20,000 bases of DNA from an uncultured virus (IMG/VR IMGVR_UViG_3300048502_000057) (IMGVR_UViG_3300048502_000057), one strand, 5' to 3'. Shown: positions 1 through 8,978, numbered from the stretch's first letter. A program made the numbers and translations. Notes: generated by a model not told the origin, from the letters alone.

Positions 1-183
1 GATGTAGACGCACATGATAGCGACTACGCACCACAGAACGATATTGATGATTTGAGCAACGAGCGGGATTCCAATCATTCCGGTCAAAAACGGCACAAGC
101 AGCCGGATGATTGCGACAACGGCGCAGACGACGATAAGCCAGATACAAAGCTGTTCAATCCATCCTAATGAAAAACAACCCAT
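1..183 (-). CDS. Small two-TM membrane protein, 3' end runs off the window
   Basis: Hand translation from ATG 183: MGCFSLGWIEQLCIWLIVVCAVVAIIRLLVPFLTGMIGIPLVAQIINIVLWCVVAIMCVYI...; GGAGG RBS upstream; not in the ORF track. Confidence 0.75.
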   Translation of the reverse strand, partial: MGCFSLGWIEQLCIWLIVVCAVVAIIRLLVPFLTGMIGIPLVAQIINIVLWCVVAIMCVYI

Positions 184-215
184 AGTCTTTGCCTCCGGTT
201 GGAAGCACAATTCAT

Positions 216-431
216 TTAGGGAACAATTGTTCCTCCTGGTCCGTCGATCTCTTCGAACGTCACCCGGTAGTAAGTCAGGTGCGTTAGATCCAAGACGGAT
301 TGACGGGCCATAACCAAGGAATATTCCGCTTTTGTCGGGATGCTTGGAACGTGCTCAAGGAAATAGTTGCGCAACCCACTTCGGTTCATGTCCCGCAAGG
401 CTTCGCAGCGTATTTCTATGACTTGGATCAT
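216..431 (-). CDS. Hypothetical protein (71 aa)
   Basis: ATGA overlap with the stop of the upstream gene. Confidence 0.6.
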   Translation of the reverse strand: MIQVIEIRCEALRDMNRSGLRNYFLEHVPSIPTKAEYSLVMARQSVLDLTHLTYYRVTFEEIDGPGGTIVP

Positions 432-919
432 TTGCTTTGGCCTTGGAGTAACGGAGAGTCGTTGCGCCGGTACCCATTTTGCAGAATAGAAGCGGCTATT
501 TGTCTGTTTATGTCGTTGATCTGTTGTTGAATTAGTTCGATTCGCTTGTCTACGGAGCTTGAAAGCTGATCTACTTCTTTAGCTTCGACCGGCGAGTGTG
601 CGGAATGACCTAAGAGCTCTCTCTGTTCGGTTTCTAGAACCGTCAGCCTAGATCCTACCGCTACAAGAGAATCATCTAGTGCTTGTTTGAATGAATTGTG
701 CTCTCGAAGAGTTAGATATTCATCGCGAATGTTTTTTATGTCTGCTCTATTTTCTTGAATTTGCTTGCTGATATCTGAAAAAGCAGCGTCGGAAGATTGT
801 CTTACATAATCGAATTGAGATTCGACGATCTTGTATCCGCCTCCGGCAATCACACAAATCACAGCGATCGTAGCAACTACGTTAGTCCAAGTTAGTTGCG
901 GGCCGGATGCCTCTGCCAT
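428..919 (-). CDS. Membrane-anchored coiled-coil protein
   Basis: GAGGG RBS before ATG 919 (MAEASGPQ); one N-terminal hydrophobic helix, then heptad-like Q/E/L-rich sequence. Confidence 0.75.
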   Translation of the reverse strand: MAEASGPQLTWTNVVATIAVICVIAGGGYKIVESQFDYVRQSSDAAFSDISKQIQENRADIKNIRDEYLTLREHNSFKQALDDSLVAVGSRLTVLETEQRELLGHSAHSPVEAKEVDQLSSSVDKRIELIQQQINDINRQIAASILQNGYRRNDSPLLQGQSK

Positions 920-1001
920 TGTGTTGCCCTCAAAGCACAACTTATAGCAAAGTCGGAAATCGTACAATCTTCAGGATTGTTCAATCGCAACATTCCTCTG
1001 T

Positions 1002-1017
1002 AGGGATAAAATTCCCT
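1002..1017. promoter_or_regulatory. Degenerate copy of the 16-bp operator (AGGGATAAAATTCCCT)
   Basis: Resembles the GGGGATAATTTTCCCC sites; lies between divergent genes just before the OMP RBS. Confidence 0.45.
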
Positions 1018-1037
1018 CAACAAGGAGCTTGCTCAAA

Positions 1038-1724
1038 ATGAAGATTTTCCTTTCCATTCTTGCGGCTTTGTTTTGCACGTCCGTACTTGCTGCGGATCTG
1101 CCGACGAAAGCCGCTGCCTATGTTGGCTATCCAACGACGAACGGTTTCTATTACGGCATCGGCACGGGCGGCAACGCGGGCGCCGTCAGTGGTGGAGCGA
1201 TCGGCACTCAGATTGTTCAAGGCGAGATCGATGCAATCATCGGCTATACGGGCAAGTTCGCCGGCAACGCGTTTTGGTTCGCCGAGATGCAAGGCGGCTT
1301 TTCCAACCTGAACGGCAACAGCAACGGGTTTTCTCTTTCTGGCCCCGGCGTTTTTGTCGAGCGTGTCGGCGTCGGATCTCCGATCAATAACCTTTTGAAC
1401 ATTCTGCCGTCGTTCAACTTCCCAAGCGTCCCGACTTTGCCGGTGTTGCCGGCAGGCATTACAGCATCACCCGGCAATCTGTACCTGTTCGCCGGCCTCG
1501 TTGAGCAAGATTTCGGCATCCTCACTGCCTCGGCTACGGGTCACAACTGGATCTTATCCCCACTTATCGGCACGGGCATTTTGACTCGATTGTCAAATAA
1601 CGTCGTGCTCGATACCTGGGCCGGGTGGCAGATGACCGCGACAAATTCGGTTTGCCTAGGCGGCGATCGTCAATGCGTGAAGCCGGGGAACATGATTCGT
1701 ATCGGAACCAGTCTGAAATACTGA
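1038..1724 (+). CDS. Outer-membrane beta-barrel protein, Omp25/RopB-like
   Basis: AAGGAG RBS; signal peptide followed by ADLPTKA, typical of rhizobial small OMPs; GFYYG first strand; amphipathic strands; C-terminal beta-signal IRIGTSLKY. Confidence 0.8.
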   Translation: MKIFLSILAALFCTSVLAADLPTKAAAYVGYPTTNGFYYGIGTGGNAGAVSGGAIGTQIVQGEIDAIIGYTGKFAGNAFWFAEMQGGFSNLNGNSNGFSLSGPGVFVERVGVGSPINNLLNILPSFNFPSVPTLPVLPAGITASPGNLYLFAGLVEQDFGILTASATGHNWILSPLIGTGILTRLSNNVVLDTWAGWQMTATNSVCLGGDRQCVKPGNMIRIGTSLKY

Positions 1725-1757
1725 GCTATATCGAACACGTCCTATTGTGTGGTATCG

Positions 1758-1792
1758 AAAGGCCACCGCCTACCTTGGGTGGTGGCTTTTTT
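1758..1792 (+). terminator. Intrinsic terminator after the OMP gene
   Basis: GCCACCGCC-loop-GGTGGTGGC stem followed by TTTTTT. Confidence 0.8.
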
Positions 1793-1809
1793 CGTTGGGA
1801 GGGGTTCTA

Positions 1810-2100
1810 GTGCTCGACTTCCTGCCTGCATTAGGCTTTGATTTGCAGAGTTTAATCGCAGGTTTTGCCGGAGGAATATGCGTTTCTTTCTCTTTCAAAA
1901 AAAGCAACCCTTGGGATATAGTCGGTTCCATCGTAGTCGGTGGACTGTTCGGAAATTATGTTGTGACTGCAACTGACGGATTAGTCGGAACCTTGCGGGT
2001 TGTTCCCGCCTTACACAACACGTCGGCATTTTTTGTCGGTGTTGTAGCAATGCCTCTCTGCAAATTCTGGGTCGAGCGCTTCAAGGGCAGCAAGGAATAA
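1810..2100 (+). CDS. Holin-like three-TM membrane protein
   Basis: GGAGGGG RBS before GTG 1810; 96 aa, three hydrophobic segments, charged C-terminus (ERFKGSKE). Confidence 0.6.
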   Translation: MLDFLPALGFDLQSLIAGFAGGICVSFSFKKSNPWDIVGSIVVGGLFGNYVVTATDGLVGTLRVVPALHNTSAFFVGVVAMPLCKFWVERFKGSKE

Positions 2101-2103
2101 GTC

Positions 2104-2478
2104 ATGACGGTTCCGGACGTTTACAACGCGATTATGGTGCCAGGGGCTTTATTGCTGATCTACGTAAGCCAACAAGCATCGCACGATCAAACGTGTATCC
2201 GCGACCGGTTCTGGATCAGATGGGCTCGGCGAGGATCGTTTTATGCGACCGCGCTCGCCGGGCTAAATTCGGTAGCCGACGCCATGTCGCAACTCTCGAT
2301 GCTGATCCTGATCGTATGCGCTCTTTGCATTGTAGCGGTTAATGCGATCACACTGCATCTCCGAGAAACTAACGATCACTTGGACGGCAGCGCCATCCTT
2401 GCCAAAGGCAAAGCCGTCGGCACGGGTGACGACGGCTTGCTAGTCAAATCTCACAAGAAGATCAGGGTTGTCCGCTGA
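2104..2478 (+). CDS. Hypothetical membrane protein
   Basis: Starts 3 nt after the previous stop with AAGGA RBS; 2-3 hydrophobic helices. Confidence 0.7.
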   Translation: MTVPDVYNAIMVPGALLLIYVSQQASHDQTCIRDRFWIRWARRGSFYATALAGLNSVADAMSQLSMLILIVCALCIVAVNAITLHLRETNDHLDGSAILAKGKAVGTGDDGLLVKSHKKIRVVR

Positions 2479-2480
2479 GG

Positions 2481-2984
2481 CTATTGGTCAACTTCAAGGA
2501 TCGGCCGCAGCGCGGTAAGAACCGTCACGGCAATCTCATTGCGATCAAGCTTAAGCTCGGATGCCTTGATCTTGGCTAGATCCTGAGTTCCCGCCGCCGG
2601 CTGATCAAGAGCTTCGGAATACTGTTTCAAGAACACGTCGTATTCCGGAGTTCCCGGCTTGATCTCGGCTCCGCCGTGTTCTTTCTGGATTTCCTTGACC
2701 ATGGCCTGCCGGGCCTTCTCAAGGGACGTTTCGGCGGCGCCGGCAATGACGAGATCATTGGCGATTCGCAGCCGGAGGGAACCTGACGAAAACTCCCAGG
2801 GGATCATGATTGTCTGTTCGACGCCGTTCTGCTTGGTGACGATCATGTGGCCGTCAAGGTTCCGGAGGGCCGTAGCGAGGCTCAGGGCTTCCCTGACGGT
2901 TATCTTGCCCGGCTCCGTCGAACGCACGGGCGGGCTTCCTAGGCCGATGGCGACGGCAATCACGGGTAGGGTATAGCGGAGCAT
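2481..2984 (-). CDS. Hypothetical protein with possible signal peptide
   Basis: TGATG coupling at 2984 and GAGGA RBS; N-terminus MLRYTLPVIAVAIGLG. Confidence 0.75.
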   Translation of the reverse strand: MLRYTLPVIAVAIGLGSPPVRSTEPGKITVREALSLATALRNLDGHMIVTKQNGVEQTIMIPWEFSSGSLRLRIANDLVIAGAAETSLEKARQAMVKEIQKEHGGAEIKPGTPEYDVFLKQYSEALDQPAAGTQDLAKIKASELKLDRNEIAVTVLTALRPILEVDQ

Positions 2985-3187
2985 CAGATATCCTCGTTCT
3001 TGGGGTGAATTTGATGGACGCTGTTCCCGCGGGGCACGAGAGGGCCGTCGATCAGCGGCCACGGGCAATCGTCGTAGAGTTGGTCCGTATCGTCGTCATA
3101 CCTTCCGCCGATGATGCAGGAAGCGAAAACTATGAACGCGATAATAGCGATTGGAACCGCAATCGCCGCGGCTAACAAGATCATCAT
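2984..3187 (-). CDS. Small single-TM protein
   Basis: GGAGG RBS, ATGA overlap at 3187; hydrophobic N-terminus and acidic tail. Confidence 0.6.
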   Translation of the reverse strand: MMILLAAAIAVPIAIIAFIVFASCIIGGRYDDDTDQLYDDCPWPLIDGPLVPRGNSVHQIHPKNEDI

Positions 3188-3378
3188 GGTTGCCTCCTGC
3201 AATCGCCGGCAATGTCGATCGCGTTGGCGATCTGAACGCAAGTTCTCTCGATCGGCGGAATTGGCCATAGCAATACGACTACGAGCTCAATGACGCATAC
3301 GACCGCCAGGACGCTTAGCGACATAATCGGCGACCATCGCAAGCGCGGCGCGATAGCGCGGTTTTCAAAGTCGTTCAT
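3184..3378 (-). CDS. Small single-TM protein
   Basis: GGAGA RBS; coupled to neighbours; one TM helix. Confidence 0.6.
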   Translation of the reverse strand: MNDFENRAIAPRLRWSPIMSLSVLAVVCVIELVVVLLWPIPPIERTCVQIANAIDIAGDCRRQP

Positions 3379-3579
3379 TTTGTATTCTCCACTGCTTTAG
3401 AGAGCATTTCTTTCAACTCGGCTTTGGATAGTGTGCAGCGTCCGAGCATCCGCCGCTTAATGACCTTTTGAGCGGGAAAGTCCGAGGACTTAACGGCAAC
3501 GTCAAGTTTCTTGGAAAAGAGCAGCCTTTCGCCGGTTCTCTCTTTTCCGCTTGATCGCTTCGGGTGATTTTGCAGGCAT
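3375..3579 (-). pseudogene. Small basic protein interrupted by one frameshift
   Basis: Coupled start (TGATG at 3579) gives MPAKSPEAIKRKRENRR; after a shift near 3528 it reads RLLFSKKLDVAV...LSKAVENTK*, ending in an ATGA overlap with the next gene. Confidence 0.55.
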
Positions 3580-4049
3580 CACTTTTTCCTTTTTTGAAAT
3601 GGCCTTGACGGGATCTTGGCCTTGCGCTTCGCCGGCCTCTCCCGGCGCCGTTGCCGTTTGATCATGGCGATATCCGAGAACTGCCCGTGCTCGCCGCGGA
3701 TACGCGTTTTTACGTCGTGCGATCCGGCATGTTGCGCGCCGTGCGGCCGGTAAACTAGATATTCCGGATCGTTGGCGTCCGGCTCATAAACCCATATTTC
3801 GCCGCGCAAGTAAGGTCTCCGAATCACTACCTTTCTCAGCGCAAGAGCTAGTTCATGGTCAAGCCGGAGTTCGGACACTTCGCAACCAAACGCGTCGGCC
3901 AACAGCGGGAGCAACGCCTTGAGCCTATTTCCGCTTGAATGTGGTTTGCCTACTAGGTGTCCGGCCTTATCAGGGCATAGCTGCATGAACTGCCGTTCCG
4001 CGACTTTCACGCGGACAGATAAGGGGATGTGAGGCCGGTAAAGCTTCAT
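3579..4049 (-). CDS. Degenerate HNH endonuclease-like protein
   Basis: LDH...ANDPEYL...HDVKT...DI pattern and basic tail, as in phage HNH proteins. Confidence 0.55.
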   Translation of the reverse strand: MKLYRPHIPLSVRVKVAERQFMQLCPDKAGHLVGKPHSSGNRLKALLPLLADAFGCEVSELRLDHELALALRKVVIRRPYLRGEIWVYEPDANDPEYLVYRPHGAQHAGSHDVKTRIRGEHGQFSDIAMIKRQRRRERPAKRKAKIPSRPFQKRKK

Positions 4050-4207
4050 TTTTTTACCTTTTTCTTGGCCTTCTTTGGCTTCGGTTTGATCTGAGAAATC
4101 TTGGCCCGGAGCTTATCGGGCAAGTCAGCATCACGCGCCGCTTCGTCGATGCGGTTCTCTCGCTGCTGGCGTAGCCAAGCCTCTTTTGGTCCAATCTCTT
4201 TGGCCAT
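4046..4207 (-). CDS. Small Lys-rich protein (53 aa)
   Basis: MAKEIGPKEAWLRQQRENR...KKKVKK; AAGGGG RBS; coupled at both ends. Confidence 0.65.
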   Translation of the reverse strand: MAKEIGPKEAWLRQQRENRIDEAARDADLPDKLRAKISQIKPKPKKAKKKVKK

Positions 4208-4500
4208 CACGTTTCCCCTTTGAACTGTTCAAGAGCTTGGCGGATTGTCGCCCATTCGCTTTGAACAACCTCCGCAATTTTTGCGAGCCGTTGCCGGTCA
4301 GTGTGCAGGTTCATTGCGCGCTCAAGGCGGTCTTTGGCGCGGCTCGGAGCGTTTGGCTTTTGCCCGGCTATGTCCTTGGCGATTTGCTTAAACACTTCCA
4401 GTTCGTAAACATGGGTTCTTCCAACTAGCCAAATAGTTTGGCGCAATTGTTCATCGCTGTTCGACAACGGCAGCTTTTCATCGGGCGTGAAGCTATCCAT
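4207..4500 (-). CDS. Hypothetical protein (N-terminal part may contain indels)
   Basis: ORF in operon, coupled to the downstream gene. Confidence 0.6.
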   Translation of the reverse strand: MDSFTPDEKLPLSNSDEQLRQTIWLVGRTHVYELEVFKQIAKDIAGQKPNAPSRAKDRLERAMNLHTDRQRLAKIAEVVQSEWATIRQALEQFKGET

Positions 4501-4617
4501 TTTTTTTCAACCATTCTCGGACTTGATTGCGAACAAAGCCGAAATGAGACTGCCGGAGGTATTAACGGATTCGCCTGACGAAAGCGTGACCAATCGCGAG
4601 TTTTCATCGGGCGTGAA
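4475..4617. repeat. 17-bp direct repeat TTTTCATCGGGCGTGAA (4475-4491 and 4601-4617)
   Basis: Exact match read from the sequence; both copies encode FTPDE on the minus strand. Confidence 0.85.
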
Positions 4618-5167
4618 TGTTTTTGGGTCGTCGTGATACAGACGCCATCTGCCATGCCGTTTTGCCTCATGATTGAGTTGTGATGCGGTAGTGCGGGACA
4701 TGCTCGCGACTAGATCGAGCACGTCTTGCTTTGATTTTTCGAACCGATCCTTGCGCATCGCAGCTTTTGATTGCGATTCGGCATCCCAAACCTGCACGAC
4801 GTTGCCTTTGACCGAGATCACGGCATAGGGGCTGCGAAGCCTGATCCCAGATGCGAGCTTGCGCGCCTCTTCCGGGCTTGCCATGACGTAGTTTGTTTCA
4901 TGGGCGTAACCCGTGGTGAACAAGCGCCCAAGCGCGTAAATGCTCGCTACTCGGAAACTGTCTTGCGTTTTCCTCGGACAAATTATTGAACGCCTCTTTG
5001 AGGGCTGCGAAATAATGACCTTGCGATGCCTGCGACCGTTGCTCGTCTACGATCATCGGGTAGACTTCGCCGGCCTGAAATTCCCGATTGCAGTAGGCAA
5101 CAAACGCCGGCTCTGGCGTGAACACTTCGCCAGTCCATCGTAGGAAAGCCGGGCGCGGGCGGGCCAC
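4507..5167 (-). pseudogene. Recombination-associated (NinB/DUF1367-like) protein split by a frameshift near 4915
   Basis: ORFs 4898..5167 (RSQASQGHYFA...SEHLRAWAL) and 4507..4923 (TGYAHE...FEKSKQDVLD) join into one coherent protein; the true stop is probably near 4647. Confidence 0.6.
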
Positions 5168-5908
5168 CTAAGCCATCCTCCTGATCTTTTCGACAAGCAT
5201 ACGAGTTTCGTATTCGAACCGTTCGACGGCTTTGGCGAGCTCGGCTATGTAAGTTTCATCGCGCCGTATCGTGAATTTTGGCGCAACAGGCATGCCTTCG
5301 TAATAGAGAAGTAAGTCTACTTCTTCGAGATCAGCAATCCACATAGTACCGTGCACTTGCGCTCTGTGTTCGCTTGGCGCACCGGCACCGGTTTCAAGGC
5401 GTTCAATCATCAAGTGCGGCGCAAGTGTCTTGATCTCAAGTGCTTTCCGATTGCCTATCAATGCATCTGGCGAGCAACCTGCCCAATTCCCGCTTGGTAG
5501 ACGACGGCGGATAAACCCAACTCGGCGGAGTTCGACGAAATTAGTTCGCGCGTAATAGTCGCGAGCGGCCGGTTCCATTTCATTGCCGCGCATCATTGCG
5601 GCGGTTTGGATCTTTCCTTCGGCAACCCTGCCCGTCAGAATTTCTCCGGCAAGCTTGCGCATGAGCTCGGCTCGTTGCAAACTTTCCTCACCGTCTTTGC
5701 CCGTTGCCATCATAATTCTAAAATTTGATGCGCTAGGTGTGCCGAGCTTGATCCGATACCATTCCTCCGAGCCTTGTTCGATTTCGTCGAACACTTCAAT
5801 TTCGGCAGGCTTGACCGCAGGTGCCGATCGAGCGTTGCGTATGTCCGCAACAAACTCGTTCGGAGTCCGACTTTTGCCAAGCCTGCTACTTGATCCGAAC
5901 TTAGCCAT
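5168..5908 (-). CDS. YqaJ-like / lambda-exonuclease family recombination exonuclease
   Basis: EQGSEEW, TPSAS, MMRGNEMEPAAR, GCSPDAL, LEIK, QVHGTMW motifs. Confidence 0.92.
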   Translation of the reverse strand: MAKFGSSSRLGKSRTPNEFVADIRNARSAPAVKPAEIEVFDEIEQGSEEWYRIKLGTPSASNFRIMMATGKDGEESLQRAELMRKLAGEILTGRVAEGKIQTAAMMRGNEMEPAARDYYARTNFVELRRVGFIRRRLPSGNWAGCSPDALIGNRKALEIKTLAPHLMIERLETGAGAPSEHRAQVHGTMWIADLEEVDLLLYYEGMPVAPKFTIRRDETYIAELAKAVERFEYETRMLVEKIRRMA

Positions 5909-6752
5909 GCTTTGCCTTGTAAGCCTTGAGTGCTCGCTTCACTTCGGCAAACTTGCCGGCTGGAATATCCTTGAAGGACTCGACGTCATATCCGCCGCAG
6001 ACTCGCGCCTCGGTTAGATCGGTGCCGTCGATTTCAAGCTTAAGTTCCTCTACTTCGGCAGCGGAGATCATGCGAACAACGTCAATAACGTCATCCTTTT
6101 TCTTATACCCGTCGTTGTCGAGATCCTGTTGCGCCTCGGAAACGATATTCAGAAGCGCAATCGCGTTGTAACGCATGCCGTATTGCTGAGAGCTTCCCCA
6201 GCCTTGTTGATTATTTTTACTGCCGGTCGTGTCAATCCCAAGCGGGAAGCGAGAAATCCGCGAGTGACCGTCGATATGTTCGAGGTAGCCAACGACGACA
6301 ATTCTCGACGCATCTGCGGCCGGCTCAATCACGTTGGATAGCGTAAAACCGTGCTTGCGTAACAGCGGCCGGCAAACACTCATAATGTTTGGGTATGTCG
6401 CCCATTTGGTCTTGAGCTTTTTGTTTCCCTTGGCGGTCGTCCCCTCGCCGTGATCAATGATGCCATCTTTGTTGATGACCGGAAGTTCTTCCTGCAACGC
6501 GTTGAAGGCGCGCGTAAAGGCTTTCCGAGCTTCATTGGCTTCAACCTGCATTTGCAGATCGACAAGGGTTTTCATCTTTTCCGCGTCGATACTCGGATCT
6601 CGCGCGGCTTGAATGATTGCCTGATAGAGCGTTGCCGGCGCGGCGACTGCAACCGGTTGGGGAGCCGTCTGGATTGCAACGGCCTGTTTCCCCGGGCTAC
6701 CGCCGCGTCCGGCTTGGACCCGGACGCGTTCTTTTGATTGGTCAGTCATCAA
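5901..6752 (-). CDS. erf: ERF family single-strand annealing protein
   Basis: QQGWGSSQQYGMRYNAIALLNI...DLDNDG signature; adjacent to the exonuclease. Confidence 0.9.
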   Translation of the reverse strand: MMTDQSKERVRVQAGRGGSPGKQAVAIQTAPQPVAVAAPATLYQAIIQAARDPSIDAEKMKTLVDLQMQVEANEARKAFTRAFNALQEELPVINKDGIIDHGEGTTAKGNKKLKTKWATYPNIMSVCRPLLRKHGFTLSNVIEPAADASRIVVVGYLEHIDGHSRISRFPLGIDTTGSKNNQQGWGSSQQYGMRYNAIALLNIVSEAQQDLDNDGYKKKDDVIDVVRMISAAEVEELKLEIDGTDLTEARVCGGYDVESFKDIPAGKFAEVKRALKAYKAKHG

Positions 6753-7627
6753 TACACCTTGGATTTCGGACGCGTGCCAAACTTTGCACCGGCAATCTGT
6801 ACGGATTCGTCATTCGAGAATGACACCGACTCGGCATACTTCCGAATAGCCGTAACAAGGGCGTCGGCCGGCAGGTAAGGCCGCAGCTTGTTCAGATCGA
6901 GCGTATTGCGATCGGTAATCTCGACGAACTTTTCCTTTGCCATTGTCGCTAAGGAACCGTCTGCGGCCCGCGTCCGCATGATATCGGCAGGCGCGGCGAG
7001 CGTTGCCATGTAGGCTTCCTCCGCAGCCGCAGCGGTAGCCGTTTGTTCGACGCGAGCCGCCATTGCAGCTTCCTCAGCCGCGGCGGCAATAGCAGCCTTT
7101 GCGGCGGTCGTATCAGGCTTGCGGGCGCGTTCCGCGGCGAGCCGGGCAGCTTCGGCCTCTTGCTCTTTGCGCAAACGTTCGGCCTCCGCAGCCTGGGCAA
7201 TGCGGGCGGCCTCAAGCGCGGCGGCCTTGCGCTTTTCTTCCTCGATTGCGAGTTGTCGCACGTCGTAGGCAGTCAGAAGCTTGTTGAGCCGATCGCCCTC
7301 GCCATCATTGCCCTTTTTGTCACGCTTCCAGAGCCTATCGACAATCCCGAAAAAGAATTGATCGACGCCTTGGCCGCGGCGAAAGTGCGGAGCCTTTTCG
7401 ATCTCATGCAGGCCGGTCGATCGCTTGGCTTCATCGCGCAAGAGCTTAATCAGGCCAATCACCTTGCTCTTGTCGTCATTGTCGGCAATGACCGTGATCG
7501 CCTTGGCTTGCTCAATGAGCCGCAACGCGGACTCCTGCACATAGCCGTATTCGTTCTTAAGCCGTTCAACCTCGACTTTCGCGAAGTCGATCGTTTGCGT
7601 ATTGTCGCCGATCCCTGGAATGTTCAT
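6749..7627 (-). CDS. Ala-rich coiled-coil protein of the recombination module
   Basis: 292-aa ORF coupled at both ends; IGDN N-terminus; long A/E/R-rich helix. Confidence 0.8.
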   Translation of the reverse strand: MNIPGIGDNTQTIDFAKVEVERLKNEYGYVQESALRLIEQAKAITVIADNDDKSKVIGLIKLLRDEAKRSTGLHEIEKAPHFRRGQGVDQFFFGIVDRLWKRDKKGNDGEGDRLNKLLTAYDVRQLAIEEEKRKAAALEAARIAQAAEAERLRKEQEAEAARLAAERARKPDTTAAKAAIAAAAEEAAMAARVEQTATAAAAEEAYMATLAAPADIMRTRAADGSLATMAKEKFVEITDRNTLDLNKLRPYLPADALVTAIRKYAESVSFSNDESVQIAGAKFGTRPKSKVY

Positions 7628-7965
7628 AGCTCAACCTCGATTTGTGGGTATCCGGTGTTAGGGGACCGGACAAAGGTTGCCCGGATTGCATAGATTTTGT
7701 CGCTCGCGGCATCGCAGGCGATACCGTCCTCGGCACAGATCGACGGGAAAGAAAACGCCTTGGCGTCGATTACCTTGGCAACCGCGACGTTTTCTCTTTT
7801 CGAGAGGTAGCCGACATGCTTCCCGGCTACATAAACCGCGACGGCAAAACCATCATGCGGGTTGTCTCGCTCGCGGACTAGCATTGCAGGCGAGCCGGCA
7901 ACTGCCCCAGGCAAGTAAGGGTCTAACCCGCGAAACTTCTGCCCAACGATTGAATAGCGCATCAT
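7624..7965 (-). CDS. Stand-alone HIRAN domain protein
   Basis: IVGQKFR ... LVRERDNPHDGFAVAV ... HVGYL motif. Confidence 0.85.
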   Translation of the reverse strand: MMRYSIVGQKFRGLDPYLPGAVAGSPAMLVRERDNPHDGFAVAVYVAGKHVGYLSKRENVAVAKVIDAKAFSFPSICAEDGIACDAASDKIYAIRATFVRSPNTGYPQIEVEL

Positions 7966-8435
7966 CGCATTTGCTCCGGGCGTTTGCGTTTCTTGGCCGG
8001 CGGTTTCTTGTCGTTTTGCCGATTTCGGAATGCCGGCTTAACTTTGACCGGCGCGAACGGATCTTCAAAATCTCGGCCATCGCCGTATATGTCGGTCGGA
8101 AACAATCGCGGCTTGCCGGAGTACGGCGCTTGTGGCTGCAAACTCGCCATAGCGGTCCAAACCCGCATGTAGGCATTGTGCAGCGGATCATCGTCAACCG
8201 AGCTCTTGAAGTTGTCGTAGGTGATCCGGTCAACTTCGTTCGCGAGCGCGGCCTTGATCTCAGTCTTTTTGACCGCGGCCCGGTAGTGATAATCGGACGC
8301 CGTGTATTCGGTCACGACGGCACCGGGAAACAGCTTTTCGATATCTCCCGGCCGGCGAGCGCGGACCATCAATTCGTCCGGCTTGCAGTCCTTGGCCACG
8401 ATTGAGAGGAAACAGTCAGACATCATGATCCACAT
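7962..8435 (-). CDS. Conserved phage hypothetical protein
   Basis: GGAGG RBS; FLSIVAK...LMVRARR...DYHYRA...ITYDNFK pattern. Confidence 0.8.
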   Translation of the reverse strand: MWIMMSDCFLSIVAKDCKPDELMVRARRPGDIEKLFPGAVVTEYTASDYHYRAAVKKTEIKAALANEVDRITYDNFKSSVDDDPLHNAYMRVWTAMASLQPQAPYSGKPRLFPTDIYGDGRDFEDPFAPVKVKPAFRNRQNDKKPPAKKRKRPEQMR

Positions 8436-8771
8436 TTACAATTCCTCCATAAATTCGCGGTCGCCAAAGACGATTGCGATATCTCCGACGAGGCAATCTT
8501 TGAGATCCAAGACAGAGCAGCGCCGCGCTTGTGCCCATAGGACCGTCGCCGCAGCGTTAAAATGCTGCATTTGGCCTTTGCCGTCTTCGTCGCAGAACGC
8601 AACGCAATCAACGATTTTCCCGTTGAATTGAAATTTCGTAAACCACGGTACTATCTCGATGTAACCGCCGCCGATTGCAGCCTTGAGTAAATCGAGGGTT
8701 GGAAGACCGTTGATTTCGCGGACGATCTCTTGTCCGTCTTCGGCTCGGATTGTGTTGATGTAGCCCTTCAT
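8436..8771 (-). CDS. DUF3846-like protein
   Basis: Start at ATG 8771 (MKGYIN); LKAAIGGGYIEIV, DEDGK, FNAAAT, LVGDIAIV motifs. Confidence 0.75.
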   Translation of the reverse strand: MKGYINTIRAEDGQEIVREINGLPTLDLLKAAIGGGYIEIVPWFTKFQFNGKIVDCVAFCDEDGKGQMQHFNAAATVLWAQARRCSVLDLKDCLVGDIAIVFGDREFMEEL

Positions 8772-8775
8772 CGCA

Positions 8776-8940
8776 TCACCCGATATCGAACAGGCCGAAT
8801 GCCCATCCGGCAACGGCACCTGCGGCAATGACTTCGCCGGCAACGATAAATGCGGCAAATCCGACTGATGCGAGGTAAAAGGTAACGATCGCAACCCGGT
8901 CGATAAGCGGCGGGGTAAGCGGGTTTCGTGTTCGGTTCAT
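8776..8940 (-). CDS. Small membrane protein (54 aa), first gene of the leftward operon
   Basis: Hand translation MNRTRNPLTPPLIDRVAIVTFYLASVGFAAFIVAGEVIAAGAVAGWAFGLFDIG; GGAAGGG RBS. Confidence 0.6.
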   Translation of the reverse strand: MNRTRNPLTPPLIDRVAIVTFYLASVGFAAFIVAGEVIAAGAVAGWAFGLFDIG

Positions 8941-8978
8941 TTCGGCGGCCCTTCCATATTTGGTTCCGACGCAAGATC

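Noticed and set aside
7043..8405. Long plus-strand ORFs (216 and 242 aa)
   Set aside because: Antisense shadows of real GC-rich minus-strand genes
8772..8894. N-terminal extension of ORF 8436..8894
   Set aside because: Region is occupied by a 54-aa membrane gene in another frame; ATG 8771 fits better
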